From Octopus vulgaris (taxonomy: Eukaryota), in assembly GCA_951406725.2 (NCBI GenBank), contig OX597829.1, forward strand, positions 3,410,001-3,474,000: a DNA stretch of 64,000 bases. The letters run 5' to 3'. Positions 51,824-64,000 of this stretch are shown in pieces (position 1 is the first letter of the stretch; every line of letters begins with the position of its first letter). The notes beneath the pieces are model-generated. The model was not told the DNA's origin, did no database searches, and saw nothing but the letters and a program-made list of their open reading frames with translations. The position numbers and the translations under genes were made by a program.

Positions 51824-54800
51824 AAATATTGAATGTTAGGAAGGACATTCTGACATACAACACCTAACCATTGAGAAGTAACTCAGATCATGATGAGCCG
51901 GCATAGAAAGCAGCTATAAAAATGGTGGTTCAGCCAGAAAAGGGAAATCAGCACCCATCACCTTTTGCAAGATAGAAAGGAACCATAATAGACAAAGCAG
52001 TTATCGTTAGCCTGGGAACCAGGTCAAGAGCAATTTCAATCCAGCCAACATACTTCCACAGTTTCTATTTACTAAATTACACTGAAATGGTTTGGATCCA
52101 TCTGTGGTTATATAACAGAAGATGCTTTTCAATAGGTATTATACAGCAGCAGTTAACCCTTAACTCAACATCGCTTTTAAGTTATTTGGAATTACAGTAT
52201 AGTAGATATATGAGTAAAACAGGTTAGGGAATGTTCATATATATATATTGTATATCAAAACTGCTATTGCCAGCATCTGTCACTTAATTTGCTTACTATT
52301 TGGAAAGGGAGCCTTTATACTCTCATTTTACTTAATAGAAATAACAAATTTCCCTAAGATTTTGGCCTATAATTCTATGCAATATATGTTAGGGGCTGTT
52401 TCATTTTATGACTATTTAGTCTACTGGAGCTTTAACAGAAGACACTTTCTCAAGGTGTTATGAAGTGGAACTGAATTACAGGGTTGGAAAGCAAACTTCT
52501 CAACCACATACCACACTTGTAAAGTGTGCCAACAGAAAGGCCAGAAATGGTTATTAGAGAGATATTGATCAGGGGTAGGGGAGTAAATATAAGCATAGAG
52601 AATATTCAATAATTTAGGCAAGTACATTTGTGCAGGTAACTAGAAAGGGGAATTGGAGAGACAGGAAAGAATGTAACTAGTTCTCAGTAAAGTTACTGAC
52701 AAACAAGCAGAGAATATGACAAGCTCTCCCACTAATTCATCTGTTGAAACCATGTCAAAAACTGTAAAGTGATAGTGAAGCAGCCCCTTTGACCAGCAGA
52801 TCTTAATATGCACTAACTTGGTTGTAACAATCTATCCATCACATCCCAGTAGTGATCGATATAGAATATTGACACTGACTTCTGATTACTTTACATTCAT
52901 AGTTCCTTGTATTTTGTGTTCAAGTAAAATATCGATGTAATTTTATGTAAATGCATCACTGATCAAGTATTTCTTTTGACAATAAATCAAATTGACGGAA
53001 AATTTATACTCAGACATAGTTAAATGAGAATGTTCCTTTTAATAATCATTGTCATCATTTAACATCCTCCCGTGATGTCATGAGTTGGATGGTTTGACAG
53101 GATCTAGAGGGCTGTGTGGCATTCCATTGTCTGCTTTGGCATGGTTTCTGACTGAACACTCTGCTTGATGCCACCTGTTTTACAAAATGTAATGGTGCTG
53201 TCTTTGTGGTGCTAGCACATGTAAAGAAGGTAACCAGGTACCTTAAAGCATAAGAAATGTCTTGGTATGAAGGAACTTTACGACAGGTTGAATTGTCCTG
53301 AAATTTCCTGAAGTCTTTCTACAATGTTTATATTCTATTACTAAGCACATGATTACTCAGCCAAATATGTTTCTTTTCCTTACTGTATTCTTTCTTGAAA
53401 AATTACCGATATTCTTCCAATGTACTGTAATTAACCATCTCTCTTATTCATATTTTTCCCCAGTATCACCTTATACTTTCTCCACAAATCCATATACTGA
53501 TACACACTGGCTTGCCAAAATTTATGTAGTTGATACTACTATCCATGCAGAGCTTGCATTTCTCTGCAATTGTTTTAGACTTTTGATAATAATCAAAAAA
53601 TAGATGTATTATGAATAGAATCAGACGTTTGGAACTACTTAGCTTAAAATTACCTTTCACAATGCCAATTGTTGAAATTTTGTGGATACTTTCAAAGCTT
53701 TGAAAGAATTGAGAAATTTATTTTTGTGAAAAGATTAAGAAATTTAAATGTTTATATGGTTGTTTTTCATTTCAGTCTATCCAAGATGAAATAGCCCTTT
53801 TACAAAAGGAAGGGGATGTACCCTTGGAAGAACTTTTGAAAAGCCTCCCAGAAGAAATTCTCGAAAAACCTGCAGAATTAAAGCCAGAGAGAAAGATAAA
53901 AGTCTCCGAATCTGAGGTGAGGAGAAGGTTCACCTGAAATTGGGTTATTGTGACCCATTTATTGCAAATTGATAGTTTCCATACAAATAATATTGTAATG
54001 ATTGTTATCTTCATTTAATGTCCATTACTCCATGATTATCGATATTTTAAGAGATTCAATCCATTTCTCTCTTTTTTTCCCCCCCAGGAGAAAGTTAGTG
54101 ATGAAGAATTTCAAACTGAAGATCAAGAAGAGGAAGATATGGAAGATACCATTGAAGAACAAGAAAAACATGAAAGAAATCAAAGCCATCTTGAAGAAAT
54201 ATCAGAGCTAGAAAAAGAAAGTATGTGTTATTGGTTATATTTCACAATGCATTGGATATTAATTTAATGCTAGTTTTATCATAGTATAAATTAGTTGTCT
54301 ATTAGTTAAATATAAACTTTAAAAAAAAATTCTATCTTTACTCTTCATGATTAAAAATTCATTCTTACCATTTGAACTTCTCTCATAATTGACTGTGTAT
54401 CTTAATTTTTGAATTTGATTCTGATTAATTATTTTCCCTGCTGTAATTTTATATTTGGTTAATAATGTTTAATCTTGAAAATAGTTATAGGAACCTATTA
54501 AATTTTATTGTTTATAAATGCACAAATATTTTCTGGTTTTAAATCCAAGTTTCATCCAGATACTGCAAATGATTGTTATTATTAAAGAGAGCATAACAAA
54601 AAAAAAATGTCTTTTCCGTTAACTTAATATAATTGTGAAACTTATTTTCAGGTGAAATGTCTATTGAAGAATTAATTAAGAAGTATGAAGGTGCTTACAA
54701 CAGTGATTTTGAGATGCCAGATGTTGAGGAATCTGGAGACACAACAGAAGACACTGAAGAGTATGGATCTGATAATGGTAAAGGGTTAATTAATGATTTA

Positions 54801-55426
54801 ATTTAAAATATAATTATTTCAGTTTTGGCGTGTATGTTGATTTGCATTAGTAACACCAACGAACTTAACCTTTTCATTTAGATGAGACTGAAGAAGAGGA
54901 GGATCAAGAAGAGGAAGAGGATGATGATGATGATGATGAAGAAGACAGCAATAATGGTGTTAATGAAGAGATTGGACTGGAATATTTAATGCATCCAGAA
55001 ATTCAGGAAGGTTCTCAATCTAATAAGGTATGTCATTCTTTTTTTTTTCTTCTACTTGCTCAGTTTGGAGGAAGAGGTATTGAGTGCTGAGAGCATGTTG
55101 AAGACCAGTGAGAATGATGATGCCATTAATGTTGTTGTTCTTCAACGTTTGTAATCAGCACCCATGTGGAACATATGAGAGCATAGAAGAAGCTCTAGGA
55201 GAACAAAGTGATTGGAAAGGAATTCTAAGCATTATGTGGGGTCTAGTACGGTTGGATATTATGGTGGTACTGAGCGAATGAAGTAGAATTCTGGGCATGC
55301 TAGAAACTTAAGCCAAAAGTGAAAGATTCGGAGATTTTAGCTTTTTGAAAGCTGGTAGGTGATGGATGGGCAAGGTGGAGGAAAGGGCATTGAGTGTTTC
55401 TTTAAGAAAAATTAGACTACAAAAAA

Positions 55427-55457
<31 letters not shown>

Positions 55458-56824
55458 CCCAGATTCATAATCTCTATATTTTTCTATGTAAATAACAAAA
55501 AAAAAATTCAGAAAAAGTTACAAATTAAGAAATTGTGGTGGGGATAGGGGGAAATTTAGATATTGAAAATGTGATTTCTGGACAAAATCGTATTGACCCC
55601 CTTTTAAACATTGAAACAATACATAGTTTCTGATCCTTCTTAAGAGCAGAAAGCACTTTAATGCAAATTGTACCCTTGCCCTTCACTATTAAACAAACAG
55701 TAACTTCCATTATTCCGTTATTCCATCAGCTGTGCTGATTCTGCCCATAACAAAGGAGCTAATATGTCATAACACTCTGTATATGTGTTTATATTAATGT
55801 ATATGTTTGTGTGTGTGTGTGTGAACATATGTATATATATATATATATATCCAAATCCATTTTAGGTTGCAACATTAGAAGGAAAGGCACCTGGAAAAGA
55901 AATTACCGATATTGCTGCTGAAGCACAAAGTTTACAACCAAAAGGATACACTCTGGAAACTACTCAGGTTTGTTAATCATTTATGATAATTATTAACTAA
56001 GTGAATATTTTTGTTTTAAGTGCCTTTATTTCATTTCTTTTCATCCTGTCTTCCATATATATATGTTAAACTCCAGCACTGTGTGTCTTTCCCTGTTTTT
56101 GAATTGTTTATGTTCTGTCACTGCTTTTATTCCCATTTCCTATAAAGTTGGCATTCTTTCAGATTTTCAAATGTTTTCATAATTAGAAATGTCCAACTTC
56201 TTTGTATGTCCAGTTCTTGTCAACACCTCTTTCCTTTACATAAATTTCTTATTTTGAAGTCTTGGCAGTGAATTAACATTATGATTGCCATTTGTAGAAT
56301 TATGGCTATTGCTTCACCCTTCCACATGGATGTTATTAATGAGAAAAAAAATTGAATTAGATAATAATCAGGTTCATAAATTAAATGCTAGTTAGTCTTA
56401 TTGGAAAACCTGTTAGGCACCATCCACATTACAAGCATACTTACTGAAATGTTTGAATACTTATTTTAAACAGAAAGAAAATGTATGTGTGTGTGTGCAG
56501 TGCGCATGTACTCATATACATGCATACACGCCATTATGATAATTGTTTTTAAATCTGCTTTTTGTAAGGGTTAGACAAAACTTATTTAGGTAGTATACTT
56601 ACTTAGGCAGTGTTGTGTGACCCCATTGTCACTAAAACTTATTTCTCAAGTGAAGTATTGTTATTCCACTGGTCTTCACACAAAACTGACATAGTTAAGG
56701 GAAGACCTTGTTATGTTTCTCTCCCTTTGTCTTAATTTAACCACGTACCACTTGGCACAAGGCTTCTTCCCTCAATACTGTCCTCACCCTGCAGTTGGGG
56801 AGTCTTGTCCTGCAAGTTCCTTGC

Positions 56825-56862
<38 letters not shown>

Positions 56863-59800
56863 ATTGTCTTGATGTTCACTTTTTCATGTCAACTAGTGTT
56901 TGGGTGTGTACATGTACATATTTGCAAGTGTAGGCGAGAAATTTGTTGAAACCATGTAGTTGAGGGTTCAGTTCTGCTGTGGTGCCTTGGGCAGATGCTG
57001 CCATGTAGCAAGCTGAAACCCAAAACCGCACCAGTGCCTCATGGAATAAAAATATAGTTTTGGTTTGAAGACAGGTGGATGGGGATCTGGGGAAAGAATA
57101 TGTCTTCATCAAGTTTTGGCACAACTGATGCCAGCATGGGAAAGGCTGTCTTTGAAAAACAGCATTCAGACGGACATGTGAGCACATACATGTACACACA
57201 TGTGTCTACTTTAGTTTTAGATTGGTACATCATACATTTTAACTACCTATTTTATGTGTTAAAAGGCAACTAATAGAGTTAGCAACAAAAAGAACAACCA
57301 GCTGTAAAACACTGTCCTGAGAAATCATTGTCTGTGTATATACTCGTGTGCATGTGCACACATACATGCAACATAAATTGATGGCTTGTATTCTGTGCTT
57401 TTATAGCCCCCCCCCCCCCACTGCCTTCTTGTAACTAATGTAGTTATGTGATATTAGCAACTTAATTTTAGAGTACCACATTCTGTAAATTGCAATAATT
57501 TCAAAGCAGTTAATCATTAAAAAATTTTTTAATAGTCAGTTCCTTTTGTGTCAGTCTTGCTTATTTATTATTATTTTTTTTAGTATTTGTTTAGCAGTAC
57601 TTTTTAAAAAAAATTATTCTTTTAAATAGTTTTTTAATTGTAATGTATAATTTACTCATTTTTTTGTATGGTGGTAATTTACTACTTTAATTATATAATT
57701 GGATAATATTTATTTCAGGTGAAAGTAGCCGTCCCTTTCTTGTTGAAGCATACTTTACGTGAATATCAGCACGTTGGTCTAGATTGGTTGGCCACGATGC
57801 ATGAAAAGAAACTCAATGGAATTTTAGCCGATGAAATGGGTTTGGGTAAAACTATTCAAACCATTGCCCTGTTGGCTCATTTAGCTTGTGAAAAGGGTAA
57901 TTATTATTAATATCTATTTGAAATTAAGTAATCTGATTTATTATTTGAAATTAAAAGCTTTTGAAATGCACTTGGTTGTTTGAGCTGATTCTTATTATTT
58001 GTTACTGTTTTATTAGGTATTTGGGGTCCACATTTAATTGTGGTACCAACTAGTGTAATGCTCAATTGGGAAATGGAATTAAAGAAATGGTGTCCTGCCT
58101 TCAAAATCTTGACATATTATGGTAATCCAAAAGAAAGGAAAGCTAAGAGAACAGTGAGTTAAACAATCTATTGAATATTTCATTCTTTATCTACATTTTA
58201 ACAATTTATTTGAATAAGACCTTGCAATTTCAAAAATGTCACTTTTTTTTTTGTAGGGTTGGACCAAAACAAATGCGTTCCATGTTTGTATTACGTCCTA
58301 TAAACTAGTTATTCAAGACCATCAAGCCTTTAGGAGGAAAAAATGGAAGTATTTCATTTTAGATGAAGTAAGTATTGATTTGCAGTTATTTTGATTTATT
58401 TAACCATCTAGCATTTAATCCAGTAATATCCAACCTTAATATGTTAAAACTGACCAAATCCAACCTCTTGCACCTTCTATCCAATATCATTCTGAAAATA
58501 TGCAAATACTTCATTGAAATCTTCCATGATTAATTCAAACCATTCGTATTACATAAGTAATATATTTGATAAAGAAATCTGAAAGCTAAAGGGTTAATAT
58601 TACAATAGGGTTGTTGAATCATAAATTAAAGAAGCTGTGTATACCAGTCTCAAAGAAGTGTTCATTTATTGTTCTAAAATTTTAATTTTTGAGTACACAG
58701 AATTGTCTGAAATCATAAACTTGTAGTTAAGATGAAGGCAGTTGTGAGTTGTATAGTTGCTATAGTGCTGAATATTTTTTTTTTTTCTCCTTTAAATAAT
58801 TTCTTGATTGCCACTAAATGTAATCCACTGTTTCTCTGAATTTTTAGGCTCAAAATATAAAAAATTTCAAGTCTCAACGTTGGCAGACACTTCTAAATTT
58901 TCAAAGTCAACGCCGATTATTATTAACTGGAACTCCGCTTCAAAACAGTTTAATGGAACTTTGGTCATTGATGCACTTTTTGATGCCAAATGTGTTTTCT
59001 TCGCATAAGGACTTCAAAGAATGGTTTGCTAATCCGTTGTCAGGTATGATAGAGGGAAGCCATGAATACAATGACAATCTCATCAAACGTTTGCATAAAG
59101 TAAGTATGATTTATAGATATCTTATTTCAGTGTTTTTTTTAAATTTGATTGCTCTCGACTGTATTGTTGGCATTCACAGAAACATATTGGCATAAAAATA
59201 ATAAAGCAAAGGTGTTTTCAGTTAAAAAATACAAGCTTGGGTTTTTTTTCTCTGTGCTGCACTCAAGACTTGCTTCTTTTGCCTTAGTCTCAGTTTACCC
59301 AATACCTACCTTGTCAGTAGAATTTAATAGACAAAATATGACAAACCGGTCATACATGCATGTGTGTGTGTGTTAAAGTATATGCCAGATTGTTTACAGA
59401 TGGAGTCAAAATATTATTGTTGACTGAGTTTGAAGATTCACTGCTCATGATTTATATGAAAACTTATTAGGACTTGGTTTATTATACAGTAATTAAAGGG
59501 AGAAACAGTAATTTGATTGGGAAAGCCTAGATATTTGAACCCATGTGGTGGGAGGATTGGTTGAAAAGTGAAGACAGTATGTTCAGATTATTACAGAATT
59601 AGAAGGGATCAGTGTGGGAGTTATTCATATAGAAATATTTCTTAAAACATGCTTTATGGAAGCTATTTGAGACAAAATCAGCAGCATATACAAGAAATAA
59701 AATATACATAGTTTGCAAATGAAGCAGTTCAATAATAATAAATTGTTAGAAGTTTGACTTACTACTGGAAATGAAACTTTTTTTAATTGAATTTTTGTTT

Positions 59801-62800
59801 TATATTTTTTCAGTCTCAGAACACTAGATTTGTTCATTCATGAGAAATCTACTTTTTCTTTTAATGCAGGTCTTGCGTCCATTTTTGTTGCGGCGCCTCA
59901 AAGACGATGTTGAAAAACAAATGCCTAAGAAGTATGAACATGTTGTTATGTGTCGCCTTTCGAAAAGACAGAGATTTCTCTATGATGAATTCATGTCTCA
60001 AACAAAGTAAGTTAATGTAATTTTACAGACATTCCTCTCACCCTATCAGATTTCACAAGCCTACAAATTTTCTCATTGTGTGGAATTCTGTAACACAAAA
60101 CCTATTTTCCCATTGGTTTTCATGTTGTAAATTGAAATGCATTCCATTGTGAATTGAATCCTTATATGATTCTTTGTGGCACTACTGCCTTCACTTCTAC
60201 TTAGTGGCCTCTTATGAGTTAACATTGAATGACGGTAATAATATATTATGTAGTCCGTTTTAAAATCCAAGTGTAGCAACATTAGACAAGAAATAATGCT
60301 AGTAGAATCAGAAAAGCAGTAATGTTCTATTTGAGTATGAATTAATGATCTTATTATTGCTTGCAAGAAGAGATATGGGAAAAGGAACAAAATTTAAAGA
60401 ATTCAATTGATAGGTTTTAAGCCACAAAACAGCAGGGAATAGAGAGGAAAAAAAGATGTATAAAATTATTATGCCAAATATATCTTGTGTGTGTATGTAT
60501 GTATATATGCACGCACACACATGTAAAAAGAGAGAGAGAAATTGTAATTTTATTTCTTAATATTTACCCAAGTTTCCCTTAGGATAGAATTACATTCTGT
60601 GTCATGCTTTACAGTTCCTGTAAGTGCTGAATTTTGTGTCCAGAGTTTCAGTGACACAGCAGGATACCATTATTTTATCCTTGTTCTTGTGAGGTTATTG
60701 AGTTTGTGTCCATTGCGCTGTTGTGAGAGTTATGTTGTTAATTAAATTTGAATTGTTAGACTGTTTAGGAGGATAATGTTACTTTGTAGACTATATTCTT
60801 AGAGATCATTAATCAATAGAATATTTGCTGAGCTTGTGATTGAGAGAATGAGTAATGGTAAGAAAGGAATATATTTTGCTTTTATTTTAATCCAAAATTT
60901 ATTGCTTGTTTCAGAACCAAAGAAACATTAGCTTCTGGTCACTTCATGAGTGTCATCAATGTGCTAATGCAGCTCAGGAAAGTATGCAATCATCCAAATC
61001 TCTTTGACCCACGGCCTATTGTCTCACCACTTCAAATGCAGGGTTTAGTATATTCAACTGCATCCCAAGTTGTCAATGCTTTAGAAACTGGACCGTTTGA
61101 TGTAAGTAACTTTTTTTTTATTTTCATGTTTTCTAAAAGTGTGAAACTAACCTTTATTAACTATAGCATTAAAAACTAAAAATATTTCTTCAAATTGCAT
61201 TTGGTGCAAAGTTTTTATTTTTGGTTTTTACTCTATTGACAGAGTATTGACTTACGGTTATTGTATCCAAGTCTTTGTGACATGGAATATGACTTGCCAA
61301 AGTTTATTTCTGAGAGAGTCAAGAAGACAAAGACACCCCGGCATTTGATAATGGAAATTGATAGTCAACCAGATCCACCTCCACGTCCCAAACCTGCCAA
61401 ATTAAAAACTTCACATCTTCGTAGTTCTTCTCCTTTTGTCCAGGTAATTTTTTTTTTAATAATTTATGCAGACTTGAAAAATGTGTTGTTCTTTATACAT
61501 CCCTTGAAAATAAACTAATTTTAATTCATTAATTGTTAGTATTATTAAAATGATGTCAATTTTTTATTTTTTTCTAATAGTCTGGAAGAGCTTCTCCTGT
61601 CAGCCAAAGTACATCTACAGCCCCAGGTACCACCACAACTATAGTTACAGCTAAGCCTAATATAGTGAAACCTGTGGTAGCAACACATCAGTCCACCACT
61701 GCCACAGTCTCTACTGGTACATCAACACGTAAGGCATTTTTCTGTTACCTTTCAATATTTGAATATTTTAATAGTAAAACTTACACAAAAGAGTTATCCA
61801 AACATTCTCTTTTGTTGGAAATGAATATTTGCCATTGAAAGTTTACATATGTGTTAGCATTTTTAAACTGTTATCTTCTGCTTACTTTGTATGTATGTAT
61901 GTACAAGCTTAGTTTAAATATGGGAATGCTTAATTACCATACAATCCTTTTATTTACTGGATGATAAATAAAAAAATATCAGTGAGCCAGTTTGTCTTTT
62001 CTGTGTCAAAGTGATAGTTATTTTCAATATCATTTTTAAATATTAGCAAGTTCATTCATAATTAATTCAATTATAATTTTTTTTAAATAGTTATATATAA
62101 CTTTATCATTGATACCATTTAACATCTATTTCCCTTGGTGGCATGAGCTGAACAATCTAACAGGATCCAACAAGTTTGAGGGCTGCATTGTGCTTTGTGT
62201 CAGCCTGGGCTCAGTCTCTGCAGCTGGATGCCCTTCTTAATGTCTACCACTGTACAGTGTACTGTTTTTTTTTCATTGCACCAACACTAGTGATATGACT
62301 GTAGTTGGCAAAACTAAGGAAAAAGGGTGGGGAGAGTGAAAATGTGATGATTTGTGGCAAACGGGAGTAAGAGAGGATAGATTTTATAGTTAAGAGGGGT
62401 TTGTATAGTGGAGAGAGCAACAGAGTAGACAATATTGCAGTAGGGAATATGAAAAGGACGGGAGGCGAGGGATTACTTTTGGGTCAGTGAAAAAGGGAAA
62501 CATTGGGTGTGATAAGGTGGGTTCTGTGAATGTAAATGGAAGGTGTGAAAGAAAAGGGTGGTAGAGGCAAAAATCTGAAAAGAGTTACTGAAGGAAATAT
62601 ATTTTATGTTTTTTTTTTTTTTTACTAGCTTCATTGCCTATTCGAATTGGATTAGTTCCTCAGCACCAAATTGCGCAACAAATACGGACTACTCTTCCAC
62701 ATCAACAATCTCAAAGCTTAGTGCCCGGAACAACCTCTTCAATTGCTGCTGTTGTTCTATCATCTGCTAGTGTAGGGACATCGCGACCAACGTTACCACA

Positions 62801-63749
62801 ACCTAGTATTGCCACCATTCAAACAAAGGTTTTACCACATGGTAAGGTCCAATAAAGATTTCCTCATTTTTCTCTTCAGTACAAATGTTCCTTTTCTTCC
62901 TTGCTATTGTTGCAAATGCATATAATGTTGTATCATCTTTACTATCTTTATCAAAACTAAATTGCATTTGCTCACTTGGTGAATTCCCTGTGCAATTATC
63001 TTACAGGTGCACTACATACATCAGGTACTGCTGCAGTTTCTACAACTTCATCTTCCACACCTGTTCTTTCTTCTCAACCCATAACTGTTCAAATACAACA
63101 AACTGATCAGGGAACACGACTCATGATTCCTACAGGCCAGCTTTCGCAATTTTCTAGTAAATATCCACACCATTCATATTTCTTTTTGTTGATTTAAGAA
63201 ATGTCGTCATTTTATAAGTTTTATGAATTATATTTTTTGTACAAAAATGTTCATTATATTTCATTATATAAGGATAAATATTTATTCCATGTACTAATAT
63301 AGGATAAATATTCAATAATGTCATCTTCTATGATGAGAGATTTTCAGGGGTAAGTGGTCAGTTCTACTTCTGTGGAGTGAAAGGAACTTTTATGATATTC
63401 ACTCTTTCTCAACAGTATAGAAATAGTAAAATACATATGACAGTATTCAGTTAGTGACTTGCAGTTTTGCTGGAGTTTACCACCTGAGTTTGTCTTGTTA
63501 ATTATGCAATGCTGAGTGAGTTTTATAACTTATTGTTGAGTTACATGGAAGAAATTGTTATATTCACGTTTAATGAACTTAGATACTTAAATCTGTTGTC
63601 TGGTGAAGATAATGTTCCCTTCTTTTCAGCTGGATTCATTCAGATTATTCAAACTTCTGGGCAGCAATTTATTGCTGCTTCTACACCACCTGTTCAGTCT
63701 GTGATTCCTGTGCAAACTGTAACTAGTACATGTTCTGCAGTACCTGTTG
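36567..63749 (+). CDS. dom: domino/SRCAP/EP400-like SWR1-family ATP-dependent chromatin remodeller (24 coding exons in window, 3'-incomplete)
   Basis: Spliced by hand with consistent phases. Contains HSA region ([36 protein letters not shown]), Walker A region ([12 protein letters not shown]), DEAQ box, [19 protein letters not shown] and [11 protein letters not shown], followed by a low-complexity insertion typical of the split SWR1 ATPase. Confidence 0.96.
36825..37155 (+). mobile_element. tRNA-headed SINE in domino intron 1; related copies 21070-21280 and 26290-26440 (minus)
   Basis: tggctcagtg..ggtttcaattcccagacc..tttattgagcgaaaacacctaaagctcca shared among copies. Confidence 0.7.
37574..38364 (+). 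CDS. dom: domino coding exon 2 (Q/S/T-rich plus EP400 N-terminal-like segment)
   Basis: cag acceptor, gtaaga donor; encodes PPRKRIKLE...[25 protein letters not shown]. Confidence 0.9.
40680..41700 (-). mobile_element. Decayed RTE-like LINE RT/3' fragment in domino intron 2
   Basis: Minus-strand remnants [13 protein letters not shown] (YADD-like), [10 protein letters not shown] and QERRLQW. Confidence 0.7.
42330..42570 (-). mobile_element. RTE-like LINE fragment
   Basis: Minus strand reads [12 protein letters not shown], similar to the RTE LRWAGHVxRM motif. Confidence 0.55.
42615..42920 (+). mobile_element. SINE-like dispersed repeat; related fragment ~25975-26070
   Basis: gaccaaagccttgtgagtggatttggtagacggaaactgaaagaagccc block recurs in the window. 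Confidence 0.65.
43119..43166. repeat. Perfect 23-bp inverted repeat with 2-nt spacer
   Basis: agttaaggaatggagtagataaa-tt-tttatctactccattccttaact. Confidence 0.95.
44707..44812 (+). CDS. dom: domino coding exon 3 (alternative donor possible after 44950)
   Basis: ttgcag acceptor, phase 0 in, caag|gtatt phase 1 out, matching exon 4. Confidence 0.8.
46209..46500 (+). CDS. dom: domino coding exon 4 (S/T-rich)
   Basis: ttag acceptor, gtaaga donor, phase 1 to 2. Confidence 0.85.
46611..46935 (+). CDS. dom: domino coding exon 5 (HSA domain start)
   Basis: [23 protein letters not shown]...[11 protein letters not shown]; ag/gt boundaries. Confidence 0.95.
47539..47747. mobile_element. Tc1/mariner-type MITE with internal tandem duplication
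   Basis: Perfect 29-bp TIRs cagggtgtccacaaagtctgggtacatgg / ccatgtacccagactttgtggacaccctg, flanked by TA on both sides. Confidence 0.9.
48239..48379 (+). CDS. dom: domino coding exon 6 (HSA domain)
   Basis: LSRMVAKYH...[10 protein letters not shown], 47 codons. Confidence 0.93.
48531..48747. mobile_element. piggyBac-like MITE
   Basis: TTAA|ccctttagc ... gctaaaggg|TTAA; same family at 58404-58593, ~38470-38665 and ~43780-43980 (inverted). Confidence 0.75.
49211..50070 (+). repeat. ~155-bp diverged direct repeats (49211-49365, 49917-50070) flanking domino exon 7
   Basis: Shared caaatctc..taatatttaaaggtaa..gaattaaccaaattgtgagagcattagacaa..ctgccaaagttaa. Confidence 0.9.
49552..49759 (+). CDS. 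dom: domino coding exon 7
   Basis: [36 protein letters not shown]... Confidence 0.93.
50481..50560 (+). CDS. dom: domino coding exon 8 (acidic)
   Basis: [20 protein letters not shown]; phase 1 to 0. Confidence 0.88.
51444..51486 (-). ncRNA. Mirror copy of the hammerhead ribozyme motif
   Basis: Exact reverse complement of 51542-51584. Confidence 0.7.
51542..51584 (+). ncRNA. Minimal type I hammerhead ribozyme motif (sense to domino pre-mRNA)
   Basis: CCAC-CUGACGA-AUGUC(AUUGAA)GACAU-GAA-ACG(AU)UGU-A-GUGG: complete core, stems I-III and GUA cleavage triplet. Confidence 0.75.
53776..53916 (+). CDS. dom: domino coding exon 9
   Basis: [25 protein letters not shown]..., 47 codons. Confidence 0.9.
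54088..54220 (+). CDS. dom: domino coding exon 10 (acidic)
   Basis: [26 protein letters not shown]...; cag/gtatgt. Confidence 0.9.
54652..54777 (+). CDS. dom: domino coding exon 11
   Basis: [15 protein letters not shown]...; phase 1 to 1. Confidence 0.9.
54882..55027 (+). CDS. dom: domino coding exon 12 (poly-D/E)
   Basis: [20 protein letters not shown]...[10 protein letters not shown]; gtatgt donor. Confidence 0.88.
55866..55967 (+). CDS. dom: domino coding exon 13
   Basis: [24 protein letters not shown], the conserved pre-ATPase motif of SRCAP/domino. Confidence 0.95.
57719..57896 (+). CDS. dom: domino coding exon 14 (ATPase motif I)
   Basis: [12 protein letters not shown]...[16 protein letters not shown]. 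Confidence 0.97.
58017..58153 (+). CDS. dom: domino coding exon 15 (motif Ia)
   Basis: [25 protein letters not shown]. Confidence 0.97.
58257..58367 (+). CDS. dom: domino coding exon 16
   Basis: [18 protein letters not shown]...KYFILDE. Confidence 0.97.
58404..58593. mobile_element. piggyBac-like MITE (diverged copy)
   Basis: TTAA|ccatctagc ... gctaaaggg|TTAA; internal similarity to 48531-48747. Confidence 0.65.
58848..59099 (+). CDS. dom: domino coding exon 17 (motifs II-III)
   Basis: [13 protein letters not shown]...[24 protein letters not shown]. Confidence 0.97.
59870..60006 (+). CDS. dom: domino coding exon 18
   Basis: [26 protein letters not shown]. Confidence 0.97.
60915..61101 (+). 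CDS. dom: domino coding exon 19
   Basis: [34 protein letters not shown]. Confidence 0.97.
61243..61443 (+). CDS. dom: domino coding exon 20 (ATPase insertion)
   Basis: cag acceptor, 67 codons, ...[16 protein letters not shown]. Confidence 0.9.
61581..61728 (+). CDS. dom: domino coding exon 21
   Basis: [11 protein letters not shown]...; tag/gtaagg, phase 0 to 1. Confidence 0.85.
62629..62841 (+). CDS. dom: domino coding exon 22
   Basis: Long polyT+tag acceptor, gtaagg donor, phase 1 to 1. Confidence 0.85.
63007..63156 (+). CDS. dom: domino coding exon 23
   Basis: cag acceptor; [23 protein letters not shown]; gtaaat donor. Confidence 0.8.
63630..63749 (+). CDS. dom: domino coding exon 24 (gene continues beyond window)
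   Basis: ttttcag acceptor, [14 protein letters not shown]..., gtaaga donor. Confidence 0.82.
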
Positions 63750-64000
63750 GTAAGATATTTTTCTATTTCAAATTTATGTTGTGTACAGCATGTTAAATGC
63801 TTGTTTGAATAAGAAATTGTACAGTTCTATTTACGATATCAGTATAGAAAGAGAATATGTTAACACTCTATCTTTATTTTTCTGACTATGAAGGTACTGA
63901 AAAGCCATTTGTGTAGTAAAAGTGTTAATCAAAATTTTGTTTTTTGCGATTGGTTTGCAAAGTTCTTGATGTGGATTTGTGTTAAAACAAATCTTGTCTT

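Noticed and set aside
50481-54777. Duplicated acidic motif (E-T-I-x-x-E-E...E-x-x-x-L-x-x-E-x-x-x-x-x-E-E-L) across exons 8-11
   Set aside because: Consistent with the ordinary acidic region between HSA and ATPase in SRCAP/domino proteins; not novel.

Overview
AT-rich, microsatellite-dense animal genomic DNA. The repeat families and (TA/CA)n density suggest an octopus or coleoid cephalopod; this is inference, not verified. The right half (36.5-64 kb, + strand) holds the 5' part of a domino/SRCAP/EP400 (SWR1-family) chromatin remodeller. I traced 24 coding exons by hand with consistent GT-AG phases: EP400-like N-terminus, HSA domain, acidic repeats, SNF2 ATPase N-lobe and the start of the long insertion. 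The gene runs off the window. The left half is mostly repeats: a decayed Penelope-like element (RT + GIY-YIG), CR1/L2-like and RTE LINE fragments, and SINEs. It also contains one orphan MEIS/PKNOX-domain exon at 8531 and a duplicated YY1-like motif module. The most notable observation is a set of minimal hammerhead-ribozyme motifs. One has a canonical core and sits on both arms of a ~345-bp palindrome inside a domino intron.
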